Positions 48,675 through 59,734 of a DNA stretch of 64,000 nt are shown here, piece after piece. How positions within the stretch are numbered: the first letter of the stretch is position 1; each line of letters starts with the position of its first letter. The DNA lies in the IMG/VR virus record IMGVR_UViG_3300045747_000182, positions 116 through 64,115 of that record; one strand, 5' to 3'. The stretch is from a virus. The position numbers were made by a program, and so were the translations under genes. Under the pieces are notes generated by a model. That model saw only the letters and a list, made by a program, of their open reading frames with translations, was not told where the DNA came from and did not search any database.

Positions 48675-49811
48675 TTAGAGTTTTCGGCTTATGGAAGAAA
48701 TGCTTTTAAGAAAATCGTTTTGAGACTTTGCATCAGCTTGTCCCGACAGGACTTTATTACGCAAAGATGTATCAGCAGCTTTCTTCTGAGAGTTGGTCTG
48801 ACCTCCGTTTTTAAGCGGGACAGATTTAGTCTGAGTAGTTTGCTTGCGTTTTACTTCTCCGGTTTCTTTTGCACCTTTGAGTTTACGGTAGTCGTTAATA
48901 AACTTTACAACAGCAGGTTCATAGATGGATTCTAGCAGTGCTGCAGGAATACCCTCTTTGATTGCGAAGTCTCGTACTGAAACAGCTACTTTTTCATTGT
49001 AGTCTGGAACGAAATCCTTGATTGTTTCGTTATATTTCTTCAGCGATTCTTGTGCCTGAGCTTGCGCATCAGCTTGCCATTTTTCAGCAACAGCTTTTAA
49101 CTGTGCTTCTCGTTTATTACGTACACCCCAATACTGTTCTTGCACGGTCTCAAGTTCATCCTTGAGTTCTCGTGCCGTATAGGAGTCACCATCTTCTTTG
49201 GCTTTGTCAATATCTGCTTTTAGTTTTTGATATTTATTAGCCAATGAAGTTTCTGCGGCGGTATACTCTTCATTAAGAGCAGTTCCAAGAGTAATTACTT
49301 CTTGAAGTTTTTCCGCACGTTCTTGCTCAACTTGTTTCTTCAATTCACCAAGTTCGCGCCCCTTCTGAGATAGATGCTGATCAGTCTGAAAACCTTTACG
49401 GATTTCTTCGAGTGTCTTGTATTCTGTTTTACCATCAACGGTAACAGGTACTTTGTACTCCCAGTCGATATCTTCTTCGGAAGGCAAGTCTGCGTTGGTA
49501 GACGTATCATCGTCGCCGGACTTTTCTTCATCAGTTGATTCTTCTGTCTTATCTTCATCTAGGTCATTTTCGGAGGACTCATCTGTTTCTTGGGCTTCTT
49601 GTTCTACAGATGTGTCTTCCGGAGTGGAATCATTTGTCTCTTCATTGCTTGGAGATTCTGCGTCAAGTCCTAGCAGGGCTGCTGCAGGAGAATTACGCAT
49701 AATGTCGGCAAGAGCTTTTGATTCGCCCTCTGCACTATAACTACCGTCATTTCCAAAGCTCGCAGAGGAAATCTCAGATGCGGGTGTGGAAGTAGAGAGT
49801 GTATTTAGCAT
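48675..49811 (-). CDS. Capsid scaffolding protein
   Basis: Acidic N-terminus, YKVPVTVDGK..TLEEIRKGFQ, coiled coil; upstream of capsid. Confidence 0.8.
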   Translation of the reverse strand: MLNTLSTSTPASEISSASFGNDGSYSAEGESKALADIMRNSPAAALLGLDAESPSNEETNDSTPEDTSVEQEAQETDESSENDLDEDKTEESTDEEKSGDDDTSTNADLPSEEDIDWEYKVPVTVDGKTEYKTLEEIRKGFQTDQHLSQKGRELGELKKQVEQERAEKLQEVITLGTALNEEYTAAETSLANKYQKLKADIDKAKEDGDSYTARELKDELETVQEQYWGVRNKREAQLKAVAEKWQADAQAQAQESLKKYNETIKDFVPDYNEKVAVSVRDFAIKEGIPAALLESIYEPAVVKFINDYRKLKGAKETGEVKRKQTTQTKSVPLKNGGQTNSQKKAADTSLRNKVLSGQADAKSQNDFLKSISSISRKL

Positions 49812-49836
49812 GTTTGTATATTACCTTTGTGTCTTA

Positions 49837-50429
49837 TTATTTGTTCTTTGCGGCACGCACTGCAGCCATACGGTCTGCGGGAGATACTGCGGGAACAGGA
49901 TTAGGGGCCTCTTGCCCATCAAGTCGTTCGATGATATCGATTGCATTTTGAATCGTTACCAGAACATTCGCATATTGTTGTGATCGGCCAATACCGCCGT
50001 TGTTACCTGACTCAGCAATGTCATGGATAAGCTCTTTACGCGATCGTTCAAGAGTTTGGATTGCTGTTTGATATTCATTCATTCGTTATCTACCTTGTCA
50101 GAGCCTTCTTGCTCGATAAATTTCATGTTGTTTCCATATGTTTCAATATTGATCATACGGGACTTTACTTCACCAAGAGCCATAGCAGAAGCGTAAAGGA
50201 ATTCACGCTCCTTGGTTGCATGAGGCTCGCTCTTAAGCCACGTAACGAAGAGATCACAGAGGATCTCCGCGTACGCGTCATTAAAGAACATCTCACGCTC
50301 GGTCTTGACGAAGGTAGCTCTACGAAGAGCTTGTTGGGCATCACGGAATGGTTCAACTTTCATTTCACCTGTTTCATGATTCATCTTAGGCTTTACTTTC
50401 TCTTGAAACGCCTTGCGATACTTATCCAT
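49837..50429 (-). CDS. Two hypothetical proteins between portal and scaffold (50079-50429, 49837-50082)
   Basis: Coupled ORFs with RBS. Confidence 0.55.
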
Positions 50430-50437
50430 TAATTACC

Positions 50438-52687
50438 TTACATTGTTGGTTGTGGTTGATTCATTGCTGCAGCAGGACCATTCACTTCAGGAATAGCGGG
50501 TGCTCCGGCGGGTGATGAACCGTCGTTATGAATATCGGCATCAATAACCATTTTAGCTTGTTTAAGGATGTCCATGATATTCGGTTGATCAGGTAGTTCA
50601 ATACCTTCTTTACCTGCAGAAATATACAGCTTGGCCCACTCTTGATAAGACTTGTCAATAGCAACCATAAGCTGTTTGGTGTTATCTTGAATGGCATTCT
50701 TCGCTTGGATATTCGTGAGGGTAAGTGTGGCCTGACGCTGCAAAAGATCAATCTGTTTAGCTTGTTCTTCAAGAGCCTTTTGCTTCTCTCCGGCTTGCTG
50801 TTCAGCTTGACGGGACTGCAGTGCCTGTTGAATAAACTTGGGGTCAGTATAATCAACAAGGAAGTCAAGAGGATCCAAGTCCATAGCTTCCAGAGTTTTA
50901 CATGCGATCTTTACAGCGGCAGATGGGTCCACTGCAGAGCCTGCACCCGCCTGCTGTAGCGCGGGGATAAGCTGCTGACCAACCATCTGCATTTTCTTAA
51001 TTACGTTACTGTTGCTGTTCTCACCTACGTCTGCATCAACAAACATCAGCATATTATCCGGTAACATAGACGGATCAATAGACTTCATGAAGTTGTTCTG
51101 ATCGTAATAGTTAATCTCACGACCACGGAACTTATCACGCATCATCATGTAGATGCCTTCAGCCAGACGCTTGAATCCGGTCTCAGCAAACCTACGAGCC
51201 ATGTATTGTATGCGGACCTGTGCTGCCGACATAGCGCGAGACATCTTTTCTTCGGAATTACCCGAAACATAAAGAGTATCATTTAAACCTTGTGCCGCTT
51301 TTGACAGTCCGGTTGATTGTTCTTTATGTAGTTGCAAAGCTTCCAATAAAGGCACCGTACCAGTACTGATTGTGTCAGGACTTAGTGGCGCAACAGCTGC
51401 CATGGGGTTACCATTGGTAGCAATAATCTGTTTTGGCTTCATATTCTGCAAAGCACTGAAGTCAACCACGTTAGGGTCAGCCAGTTTTGGAGAATAGTTA
51501 GTCAGATATACGTTTTCGACGAATCCACGCAGAATAGCCGTGGAAGCAAGAGTAGAAGGGCGAATCATGTCAGCAACTGACAGACCAAAGAACTCGTGAG
51601 GCACCTCAAATGGGCAGAGTGTGGCCAAAGGGATACTATCTACGTCTTCTTCGAGCAAAATTTTGTTTCCGGCAAGAATCAGGTGCTTAAGTTCAGCAAT
51701 ACCATCACCATCGCGGTCAATTCTGATCCAGCATTCAATAGTAACGATCATTTGATTTGCTTCTGCAGGAAATAGCTCCTTAGAATGACCACCCATCCAG
51801 TATTCTTGTCCGGTCAGACGCTTACGTGCTGCCTGTTCTTCGGTATAACGGGTATTCCATGATGCAGAGCCATCACCAATCTGCTGCCAGTCAATTTCGT
51901 CAGCCATATCGGGCCAAAGCTTTCGAATATCGCTCCGAGTCAGGTCAGTTTGGATACCTACGAATGCAGCATCGTCCAGATTGTGTGCATCACGTGTGAT
52001 ACGGAAGCATTCTGGAGGTACATTCTTGATTCGTACCCTGCTCTTCTCAGTTTTCTTCTTCAGACGGACTTCTTTGTAGACAATTCCGTAGGAAGCTTGC
52101 CCATCTTCACCTGTAATGAGCTTGTTGTCATACTTGAGGTCACCGACAATCTCTACATTAGGTTCAGCAAGGAGTACATCAAGGTTATCTTGACTGATCT
52201 CATCATACTCTTCGAATTTATAGTCGAAGTCTTCAACAAAATCCCATTTAACAATAGAATTCTTCCACAGAAGAGCTGACTTGGTCCACGTATTGAGGAT
52301 TTCCCAGCCATTATTCTGCTTGAAGATAGTGTAGTTTACCATATCACCCGCTACTTTAGCATTGTGATAGTCTTTTGGTTGAGTTCCTGTGGGGACAAAC
52401 CGAGCAAGCTTGTTGTTATTGAACATGAGTTCAGCAATAATAGCTGTAAACCCTTCAACTGCTTCTACAGTGTCCGAAGAAACTATTTGAGAGACGCCCT
52501 GAGGAGACAAATGCCCTTCAGGAAGCATACCGTATTCATAGGTAGCCTTCTGACGCTCTCTGGCCATGTCAGAACTGTTGAGGAAGTCCCCAACCGAGTT
52601 CATGATACCAGCTTCAACTGTATTAATCAGTTCTTCGTCAGTTACTTTTTCTTTGTAACCGGCGGTAAGACGTCCGTTTGTGATCAT
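50438..52687 (-). CDS. Portal protein
   Basis: 749 aa between terminase and scaffold; IVSSDTVEAVE, VKWDF, C-terminal helical barrel. Confidence 0.88.
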   Translation of the reverse strand: MITNGRLTAGYKEKVTDEELINTVEAGIMNSVGDFLNSSDMARERQKATYEYGMLPEGHLSPQGVSQIVSSDTVEAVEGFTAIIAELMFNNNKLARFVPTGTQPKDYHNAKVAGDMVNYTIFKQNNGWEILNTWTKSALLWKNSIVKWDFVEDFDYKFEEYDEISQDNLDVLLAEPNVEIVGDLKYDNKLITGEDGQASYGIVYKEVRLKKKTEKSRVRIKNVPPECFRITRDAHNLDDAAFVGIQTDLTRSDIRKLWPDMADEIDWQQIGDGSASWNTRYTEEQAARKRLTGQEYWMGGHSKELFPAEANQMIVTIECWIRIDRDGDGIAELKHLILAGNKILLEEDVDSIPLATLCPFEVPHEFFGLSVADMIRPSTLASTAILRGFVENVYLTNYSPKLADPNVVDFSALQNMKPKQIIATNGNPMAAVAPLSPDTISTGTVPLLEALQLHKEQSTGLSKAAQGLNDTLYVSGNSEEKMSRAMSAAQVRIQYMARRFAETGFKRLAEGIYMMMRDKFRGREINYYDQNNFMKSIDPSMLPDNMLMFVDADVGENSNSNVIKKMQMVGQQLIPALQQAGAGSAVDPSAAVKIACKTLEAMDLDPLDFLVDYTDPKFIQQALQSRQAEQQAGEKQKALEEQAKQIDLLQRQATLTLTNIQAKNAIQDNTKQLMVAIDKSYQEWAKLYISAGKEGIELPDQPNIMDILKQAKMVIDADIHNDGSSPAGAPAIPEVNGPAAAMNQPQPTM

Positions 52688-52830
52688 TGTTTTCCTTCAT
52701 TCAATCAAACAAGGTCAACAATGACCTGAATAGGTGGTGCCGTATGATGGTTTATCATATCCATTACTAGCACCGTGTAACTACTTTTAATCCGTGCACG
52801 AGTTACCAACGCAGGACACAAGGGATAATC

Positions 52831-53436
52831 TTATGGTAGGGGAACGGTAACCGTGAGAGGTACAAACCGTTGTGCAGCAAGGAGCGCATCCCGCAAATTT
52901 TGAGTAACACCTGCGTTAATCAAGTCACGAGTGCGATTAGCTTCTGCACTTACCAATTCTTTTACTTCGCAGCAACATTCTGCAGCCTGAGCCAATGCCA
53001 AGGCATGGTTCTGAGTTGCCAGCAAGACTCCTGCAGCAGAGGTTTTCTCTGTGGCAAGAATCTGAGCAGCACCAATCTTTTCGGAGGTCAGTTGCTGGGC
53101 TGCAGCCACTTTTTCCGTTGTGAGTTGTTGCGCTGCGGCTGTCTTTTCAATAGCCAACTGCATAGCAGCTGCTGTCTTCTCGATAGCGAGTTGACTGGCT
53201 GCAGCAGTCTTTTCTGTTGCGAGTTCACTTGCGGCTGCAATCTTTTCGATCGCAATACCGTTAGCAAAAATACTGTCATTCAAATGTTTTGATTCAAAAC
53301 GTTGTCCAAACATAACGTCACGAGTACGTTCGTTGGCTTCGATAGTCATGGCAAGACGCGCCTGATCACCAAAATTGTCATTGTTGTTTTGACCAAAACC
53401 CACCACTGAAGGTGTACCGATAATTGCTTCTGTCAT
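52831..53436 (-). CDS. Hypothetical protein with seven 11-aa repeats
   Basis: (I/T/S)EKxAAAxQLx x7 then AECCCEVK. Confidence 0.7.
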   Translation of the reverse strand: MTEAIIGTPSVVGFGQNNNDNFGDQARLAMTIEANERTRDVMFGQRFESKHLNDSIFANGIAIEKIAAASELATEKTAAASQLAIEKTAAAMQLAIEKTAAAQQLTTEKVAAAQQLTSEKIGAAQILATEKTSAAGVLLATQNHALALAQAAECCCEVKELVSAEANRTRDLINAGVTQNLRDALLAAQRFVPLTVTVPLP

Positions 53437-53570
53437 ATATTTTCCTTTGTAATTATGACCATGAAGTGCAAAATTACACTCCTCAATAATACCACGTCGG
53501 TAGGTGTATTAGGGGAGTAATCTTCCTTTAGACAGGGTTTGAGCCTATCGAAGATTGTTTGATTTTAGTT

Positions 53571-53708
53571 TTATCGACCACGGATTGGTAGTGTACGTTC
53601 AGACTTGGAAGTCTTAGCAGTGTCCAATACTTTTCCCATTGGTTTGGGCTTAATCAAAGAAGCCAATTGTTTATTCTGTTCCGGAGTTTGTTTTTGAACG
53701 CCTGACAT
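53571..53708 (-). CDS. Small basic protein
   Basis: 45-aa ORF after GAGG, below ORF-track cutoff. Confidence 0.45.
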   Translation of the reverse strand: MSGVQKQTPEQNKQLASLIKPKPMGKVLDTAKTSKSERTLPIRGR

Positions 53709-53720
53709 GTTAATCCTCTT

Positions 53721-55373
53721 TTATAACCAGTTTGTTTCAACTGTTTGAAACCCACCCTGCTTCTGCGAGAAGGGTACGTTAGTGTTAGTTAATCGATCAC
53801 CGTGGGTACGGATCACTTCGAGTGCAATAGCAAGAGCAATGACTGTATCGTCATTATAGCCAAACTGAGCATTCGTTTTACCTGACTCATCTGCAACATA
53901 ATTCATGAGTTCCCTGATTACAACTATCGAAGGAATCCATACGTCATCTTGCTCAATGGCATTTTTAAGGAATCCAATGATTGCAGGTTTGGTCTGAGCA
54001 GTGGTCTTCCAACCTACCCTCATACCGTCTTCTTTTGAAACATTAGCTATCTTTGTTTGATAGTAAAGGTTCACATATTTCATTTGTGTAAGTCTGTTCA
54101 GAGTAGCAATACCCATACTGTTAGACTCTACAGCCAGAAGAGCATTGTTGTAGTACCTGCCAAGGTAAAACAAAAGATCTCCGAACTGAGAAGGATCAAT
54201 AAGGTTATTACGGTATACCGCGCAGACTTCTCTCTTGGAATTCATTACGACTGCAGCTGAAGAATCCTTACCGACACCAAGAGCAACGTCTGCTCCTATA
54301 GCAAAAGAATCATCAAAGGTCGGATATTTAAATATCTCAATAGAACCTTGACGAGCATCTTCGAAGAGACAACTCTCGAAGTTAAACTCTCTTTTTGCCA
54401 GTATTGGTTGGGGTATCAGAGTGTTGAGCTTACCAAGGTTAAACACGTTAGATCCTGAAGCAATAAAAGCTTCTTCAGGGCTTGATGGATACTCTTGCTT
54501 GAACTTATCTGCTCCGGACTCCGCAATCTTAAGTCTACGCCAGTACATCTGTTCGTTACTGAGGGTAAACTTCTTTGATATAATCTCTTCTTCTGTGGTT
54601 AACTCAAACCCTTCAGGGACTTTCCTCTGATACTCGGGCATAAGAAACCATGGGACGAATATAGGCAGGTAGTCATTTTCTCCTGCCACAGCACCCATCC
54701 ATAACCTGTGAAACTCATTACCAATACCATTGGCAGTACTCTCAAGGATTACTTCGGTACCATCAGCTTGGGATATCCCTTGGAATAGTCCCGCCAAGAT
54801 CTTAACATCATGGGTCCAGAAAGCAACTTCCGAAAGATGAGCGATTGTAGGTGTCGTACCGCGACCTGCTTCGGGTGCTCCTGCCGTGTACAGCCGATAC
54901 CCTGAGTCATTGTGTTCAAAGATAATCTCTTTGGCATTTGACTTTCTGAACTTGGGACGATAGTCCTCAGGCATATTGTCAATAGTATTTCGAGACATCG
55001 TGAACAGAGAGTCCGATGTGGCGGCATCATGAGCCATGACGACTGACTTGTTGTGTGCATTGAAGTAACTCTTCCAGAATACCCTTGCGGTAGTAAATGT
55101 TGATAGACCCATCTGACGAGCTTTTAAAATTATTGCTCTTACTTTTCCTGTTTCCTTCAACTGCTTCTCGATAGCATCATTCGCAATGACCTGTGCTGCA
55201 TTGAATTCGAATGGCAGAAAACCTTTGGAAGTATCTTTGGGTAGAATCTTGATCTGTTCTTTGGCGAATGTTCTGAAGTCTGTTTTGTAGACCTCAAGAC
55301 GTTCTCGCCGCTTTATTTCTCTGAGTGCTTCCAGCTTCTGCAGGTTAGCGCCCTTGGTAGACTTAGTAGCCAT
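53721..55373 (-). CDS. terL: Terminase large subunit
   Basis: ILKARQMGLST, AHLSEVAFW, LESTANG, GADVALG, AVESNSMG, DDTVIALA. Confidence 0.95.
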   Translation of the reverse strand: MATKSTKGANLQKLEALREIKRRERLEVYKTDFRTFAKEQIKILPKDTSKGFLPFEFNAAQVIANDAIEKQLKETGKVRAIILKARQMGLSTFTTARVFWKSYFNAHNKSVVMAHDAATSDSLFTMSRNTIDNMPEDYRPKFRKSNAKEIIFEHNDSGYRLYTAGAPEAGRGTTPTIAHLSEVAFWTHDVKILAGLFQGISQADGTEVILESTANGIGNEFHRLWMGAVAGENDYLPIFVPWFLMPEYQRKVPEGFELTTEEEIISKKFTLSNEQMYWRRLKIAESGADKFKQEYPSSPEEAFIASGSNVFNLGKLNTLIPQPILAKREFNFESCLFEDARQGSIEIFKYPTFDDSFAIGADVALGVGKDSSAAVVMNSKREVCAVYRNNLIDPSQFGDLLFYLGRYYNNALLAVESNSMGIATLNRLTQMKYVNLYYQTKIANVSKEDGMRVGWKTTAQTKPAIIGFLKNAIEQDDVWIPSIVVIRELMNYVADESGKTNAQFGYNDDTVIALAIALEVIRTHGDRLTNTNVPFSQKQGGFQTVETNWL

Positions 55374-55410
55374 GATAATTTTTGTCCTTGTGTCGTGGAA
55401 AATATATTTT

Positions 55411-55429
55411 CCTTATAAGGTTCCGGCTA
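55411..55429 (-). promoter_or_regulatory. Candidate phage RNAP late promoter upstream of terL
   Basis: Minus strand TAGCCGGAACCTTATAAGG. Confidence 0.65.
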
Positions 55430-55685
55430 GACAGTTTGACCGTAATTTTAGTCGATAGGGTAGTTATGGACTGAGATTACGGACAAAGATATCCCTACGT
55501 AGAGGAAGGGTATAGGCTGGGAATTACTTGGTAATAATTTTTGAAAATGGATTTTTGGGGGAATTTCTTTGGGGTACCCTTCTCTTTGTGTGTGGAAAAA
55601 TTTTTTGTGTTGTTTGGGTTCGCCTTGCTTGCTTTGAGCACCCCCTGACTTTCTTGGGCGCTCGCTGGTTGGTGGGCGGCACCCG

Positions 55686-56017
55686 CTTCGGGTCGTACTG
55701 GCAGCACCTTTGCTGTGTTCTTTTAGGATACATCATGATTCTCCGTACGACAGCTCAAGCCTACTACAACGCTCGCCGTTCTACCGCAGCAATAGACCGC
55801 TGCTGGGACGACGTTGTAACAGCGATTGACTTGGTGTTGGCTGAGGTGCATCCTGGTAATCTCGGTGCTCTTCCCCCATCACCTGCCAATCTGTTGTGGA
55901 AGGCTTACAGTGTTGGCATTCTGTCTAGGAATGATTACAACCGTATCCAAGATACGTTCATTCTGTGATAAATGTCTGTGCGACATACCGCAAGTATGTT
56001 GCCAATACGACCTGAAG
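55686..56017. repeat. Inverted 21-bp repeat pair (55686-55706, 55997-56017)
   Basis: TGCTGCCAGTACGACCCGAAG (-) versus TGTTGCCAATACGACCTGAAG (+), 18/21 identical. Confidence 0.65.
55735..55968 (+). CDS. First putative early gene, hypothetical
   Basis: AGGA RBS, ATG 55735. Confidence 0.55.
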   Translation: MILRTTAQAYYNARRSTAAIDRCWDDVVTAIDLVLAEVHPGNLGALPPSPANLLWKAYSVGILSRNDYNRIQDTFIL

Positions 56018-56120
56018 AGACAACATTCCGATATGCCTGTTGTGGGTATATCAGAGTGCGTCTTTGCATTCTAACCGCCGATGGTCGGGTACCATCAGGA
56101 TGTCATTACGGAGAAATACC

Positions 56121-56492
56121 ATGACTACACGTACCGCAAACCTGTCCTTTGCCCAAATGGGCGCTATCCTTGCTGCTCACAACAGCACAGAGCAGACACC
56201 TGTGACGACATTCATCTGCGCTAATCCTACCAAGGGTGACGCTATCAGTGAGCCGATGAAGATCATCCATGTGCAGCGTAATGCAGCAAAGGGTGAGTTG
56301 TATGTTATCGGTGATGACGGTAACACACGTACCTGCCAGATCCGTCGCTTGAGTGACAACAAGATCATTGCAGCGAAAATGGGCAATGAACTCTATGATA
56401 TGGCACAGCTCTGCAAAGAGCGTGGTGTTGAAGTCAAGTTTGTTGCTGCTGGTGGTAACAACACCAACAAATGGTTCTACAAGTTCGCCTAA
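56121..56492 (+). CDS. Early hypothetical protein
   Basis: GGAG RBS, ATG 56121. Confidence 0.65.
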   Translation: MTTRTANLSFAQMGAILAAHNSTEQTPVTTFICANPTKGDAISEPMKIIHVQRNAAKGELYVIGDDGNTRTCQIRRLSDNKIIAAKMGNELYDMAQLCKERGVEVKFVAAGGNNTNKWFYKFA

Positions 56493-56501
56493 CTAAGGCC
56501 T

Positions 56502-57034
56502 CTTTCTCAGAGTAACAGAGAGACCATAGCACAGGGTAAGTACTGTGCAAACATCCCACTAACGATATCTTCACACAGGAGATCCATCATGGATAATCCC
56601 TCATATGACCACCTAGTAGTGGTTAATCGCAATGAATGCCAGACCAAGCTCTCCACTTGGTACAGCAAGAGACCTGAATTCGCAGGACGTCCTTGGGTAG
56701 TTCTTAACAAGAACACCGGCTATTTCATCTCACCAGCATTCCTCACCAAGGAAGATGCCGAAGATGAACGTGCGGAGATCATCGTGCAGGATATGTTCTC
56801 GGACTACGATGACGGAATATATTATCCCGAAGAATATTCCGATGTATCTGTGCAGAAAGCCTCAGAATAACTGAGGTATTGCGGAGAGTCCAGTGAGGGA
56901 TGACCTTTGGCAGATGTCGTCGTGGGGACTCAGCTTGTCAATGCTACCTTTCTCAGGTTAACAGAGAGACCCTTACATGGGGTAAGTACCATGTAGACTT
57001 CCCATCAACTACTTCCCATCAGGAGTATCCTATG
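56502..57034 (+). promoter_or_regulatory. Two copies (56502-56591, 56948-57034) of a hairpin-containing intergenic element
   Basis: Shared CTTTCTCAG..TAACAGAGAGACC, hairpin with GGTAAGTA loop, CAGGAG RBS. Confidence 0.7.
56589..56870 (+). CDS. Early hypothetical protein
   Basis: AGGAG RBS inside repeat copy 1. Confidence 0.6.
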   Translation: MDNPSYDHLVVVNRNECQTKLSTWYSKRPEFAGRPWVVLNKNTGYFISPAFLTKEDAEDERAEIIVQDMFSDYDDGIYYPEEYSDVSVQKASE

Positions 57035-59600
57035 TACTACATCATCTCTCGTGCTTCCGGAGATATCATCGACAAACTCCCTCTCTATGCCTCAGCTTCA
57101 GACCTCAACAGGTGGTCAAGCAAAGACGTCTCAATCGTTATCTACAACTAAAGGCATCATATCATGGGCACTCTATCAACACTCTTCATGGTTCTCATAA
57201 CCTTTTGTAACACAACTGTCTTCTTCACAGTACTCCATATTCTGGAACGTAATGAAGGAGGCTATCTACACTGGGGTACCGCTGCACTCTGCATCATGAT
57301 CTTTGCAGCAATCATCACATACCTTATGGTATTCATCAACCACGAGTACTTAGGAGAACAAACATGGCAAGATTAATTGAAGATGGCATACAAGTGTCCA
57401 TACAAGAACTCTACTACGTAGCATCATTCTTCGATGATAAATGTGTGAGCCTCATTAGAGGCCCATACGTAGACATCCTTGATGCACTAACTAATGTAGA
57501 CGACCAACGTCTGCTGGCAATCCATACTGACATCCGTGTAGTAAAATCTTTTGTAACTGTTGGTGAATTGTAAATTAACCAAACTTAGGAAAACTGTAAT
57601 GACAAAGAAATACCTTCTATTAACACCTATTCAAGGTGCTGACTATCAAATGACCAACAAGCAAATGATCATTGCCTTGACTGAACAAGGTTGCGGTCAT
57701 ATCATTGCCAAAGACGTCAACGGTGAGACCATCATCTATGCATCTGCCCCAAAAGTAGAACTTCTCGAAGCCCTCTGCTCAAACAATGAGTTTGATGGTA
57801 TCGTTATCGAGTACACAGGGGTGTATGATTGTGTCATTGACTAACGAATGTAATAAGTAAAGGAGAATGAGATGACCAATGCCTATGCTATCATAACTAA
57901 AGGGGAGTCTACAGAGACATTCCAAAAAGGAACCCCACCACTAAACAAGTGGATCTTATGCAAAACTATAGAAGAAGGCTTAAGTTATGTCTTCGCAACT
58001 AACTACGGGTATATCAGAGTAAACCAAGATGGCTACATAAGTAACGGTTCCCTTGAATTCTTCATCGATGAAGAGTTCGAGTGGAGAGAGTCCGATGAAA
58101 AAATCTCTATCACTATCACTAACTAAAGAATCCAAATGAAGACAATCGTAGTAAACCCATCCCAAGAATTCCAACCAGTAACCATACAAGTTACTTTTGA
58201 GAATGCCAAAGAGCTTAAACTCTTCAAAGATATGTGTTCATGGAACATGACCATCCCAAAACTCATAACAGATGAAACAGAAGAAGGAGCTAACTACAAA
58301 GTCATGCGTGATATCCTAGATAACATCCGAGAAGCTCTCGCCGGACGTTAGCATACCCATGGTAATGACACCCTTCAAACGGTGTCTCCTACAACATCCT
58401 TTATTTATTTTCTTATATACATTATGAAACACCTTAATAACCACTGTGATAGCTAAACATACCCTTGAAGTAACCCACGAAGAAGCAATCCTGCTTGCAT
58501 ACCTGACAGGAAGTATCCTTGGGGGTGGCACTGCCCGAGAACTCTGTTCAGCAATGTATGAAGTGTTCCATGAAGACTTCAAAATAACCATTGATGATAT
58601 CGACAAATGTGGTCTGACAGGTGAAGTCTACACAAAGGAATACAATGGAACACGTTAATACATCAAAAGAGACTAAGCATAGCTTAAAGATATCCCATGA
58701 CGAAGCCATCGTTATAAAGGCTGCAGTAGGCGGTATCAGTGGAACAGGCTACTGGAGAAACCTTGCAGATCGTATCCACGATTGCTTAGAACAAAAGTGT
58801 GAGGTGACCTTCTCAGAATCTCACAAACTTCTTGATGGTGAATTAACCTTAACTACAAAGGTGAAACAATGATATCTGACAACTACACATGCTATGAAGC
58901 CTTCGAGGTAAATCTTGTCAAGAGATACCTCAATGGTGAAACTGTACAATGGTCTATCCTTATAGAAGATAATTGGGATAATGTAACTCCATACGAAAGC
59001 CCTGAAGACATCTATAGGATATCCAACCCTAGCTACCGATTTAGAATCAAAGAAAAGATTACATATCAATACCGTCATTTAGCCTTAGACCGAAATAATA
59101 ACATACTCCACTATGCACCTAATGGCAACTATAAAGCAAACGTCTGCTATATATTCGACCATGATAATGAACTCATCGGAGTAGAGCTCGTATGAAGTCC
59201 GCCAAAGAAATCTACGATGAACTTATCGTCAGAGTCAAGCGTACATCACTCGTAGAACACCTTGCAAAGAAGCGTGTAGTGTATAACCCCGAAGATGGTA
59301 CCCAACGGTTCTATCTTGACGACAAACTTATCGGTATCAAACACGTAAGGAGTAATCTTAATGGCAACAGTTGATAAAGATTTAGCAGACAACATCATCG
59401 CTAACAACGGCTACTATAACGGAGACTCTGAAAATGAACTCGGTGATAATCCTCGGTGTGTTATTGTTACTCGCTACGATAATGCTTTCGGAGGAACCTC
59501 CTATGGGTTGACCTTCGAAGGAGATCCCTACCGTTATTCTGCAACATACTTCGTGAAGAATCCTGAAATCGTATGGAGCTTTTACCCAACAACCGCATAG
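57032..59600 (+). CDS. Array of about 12 small co-oriented early hypothetical genes
   Basis: Tightly packed 40-110 aa ORFs with RBSs and overlapping start/stops. Confidence 0.55.
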
Positions 59601-59631
59601 GTGAATTCTAGTCTGTAATCATACTGAATCC

Positions 59632-59649
59632 TAGCCGGTACCTAATAGG
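59632..59649 (+). promoter_or_regulatory. Candidate phage RNAP promoter
   Basis: Intergenic TAGCCGGTACCTAATAGG. Confidence 0.6.
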
Positions 59650-59734
59650 GACTTCCTTAATAGGATATCCTTATAAGATAATAAAGGTAATTAATAACAA
59701 TAAATCATTAAATACCTTTAAGAATTCCTATTGA

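Noticed and set aside
21594-54630. Many + strand ORFs opposite the structural genes (and - strand ORFs opposite replication genes)
   Set aside because: They shadow long real genes, lack RBSs and give no recognisable motifs.
55431-55480. Sigma70 promoter (TTGACC) near the genome switch
   Set aside because: No convincing -10 hexamer at correct spacing.
56502-57034. CRISPR-like array
   Set aside because: Only two copies, separated by a gene, with no spacer structure or cas genes.
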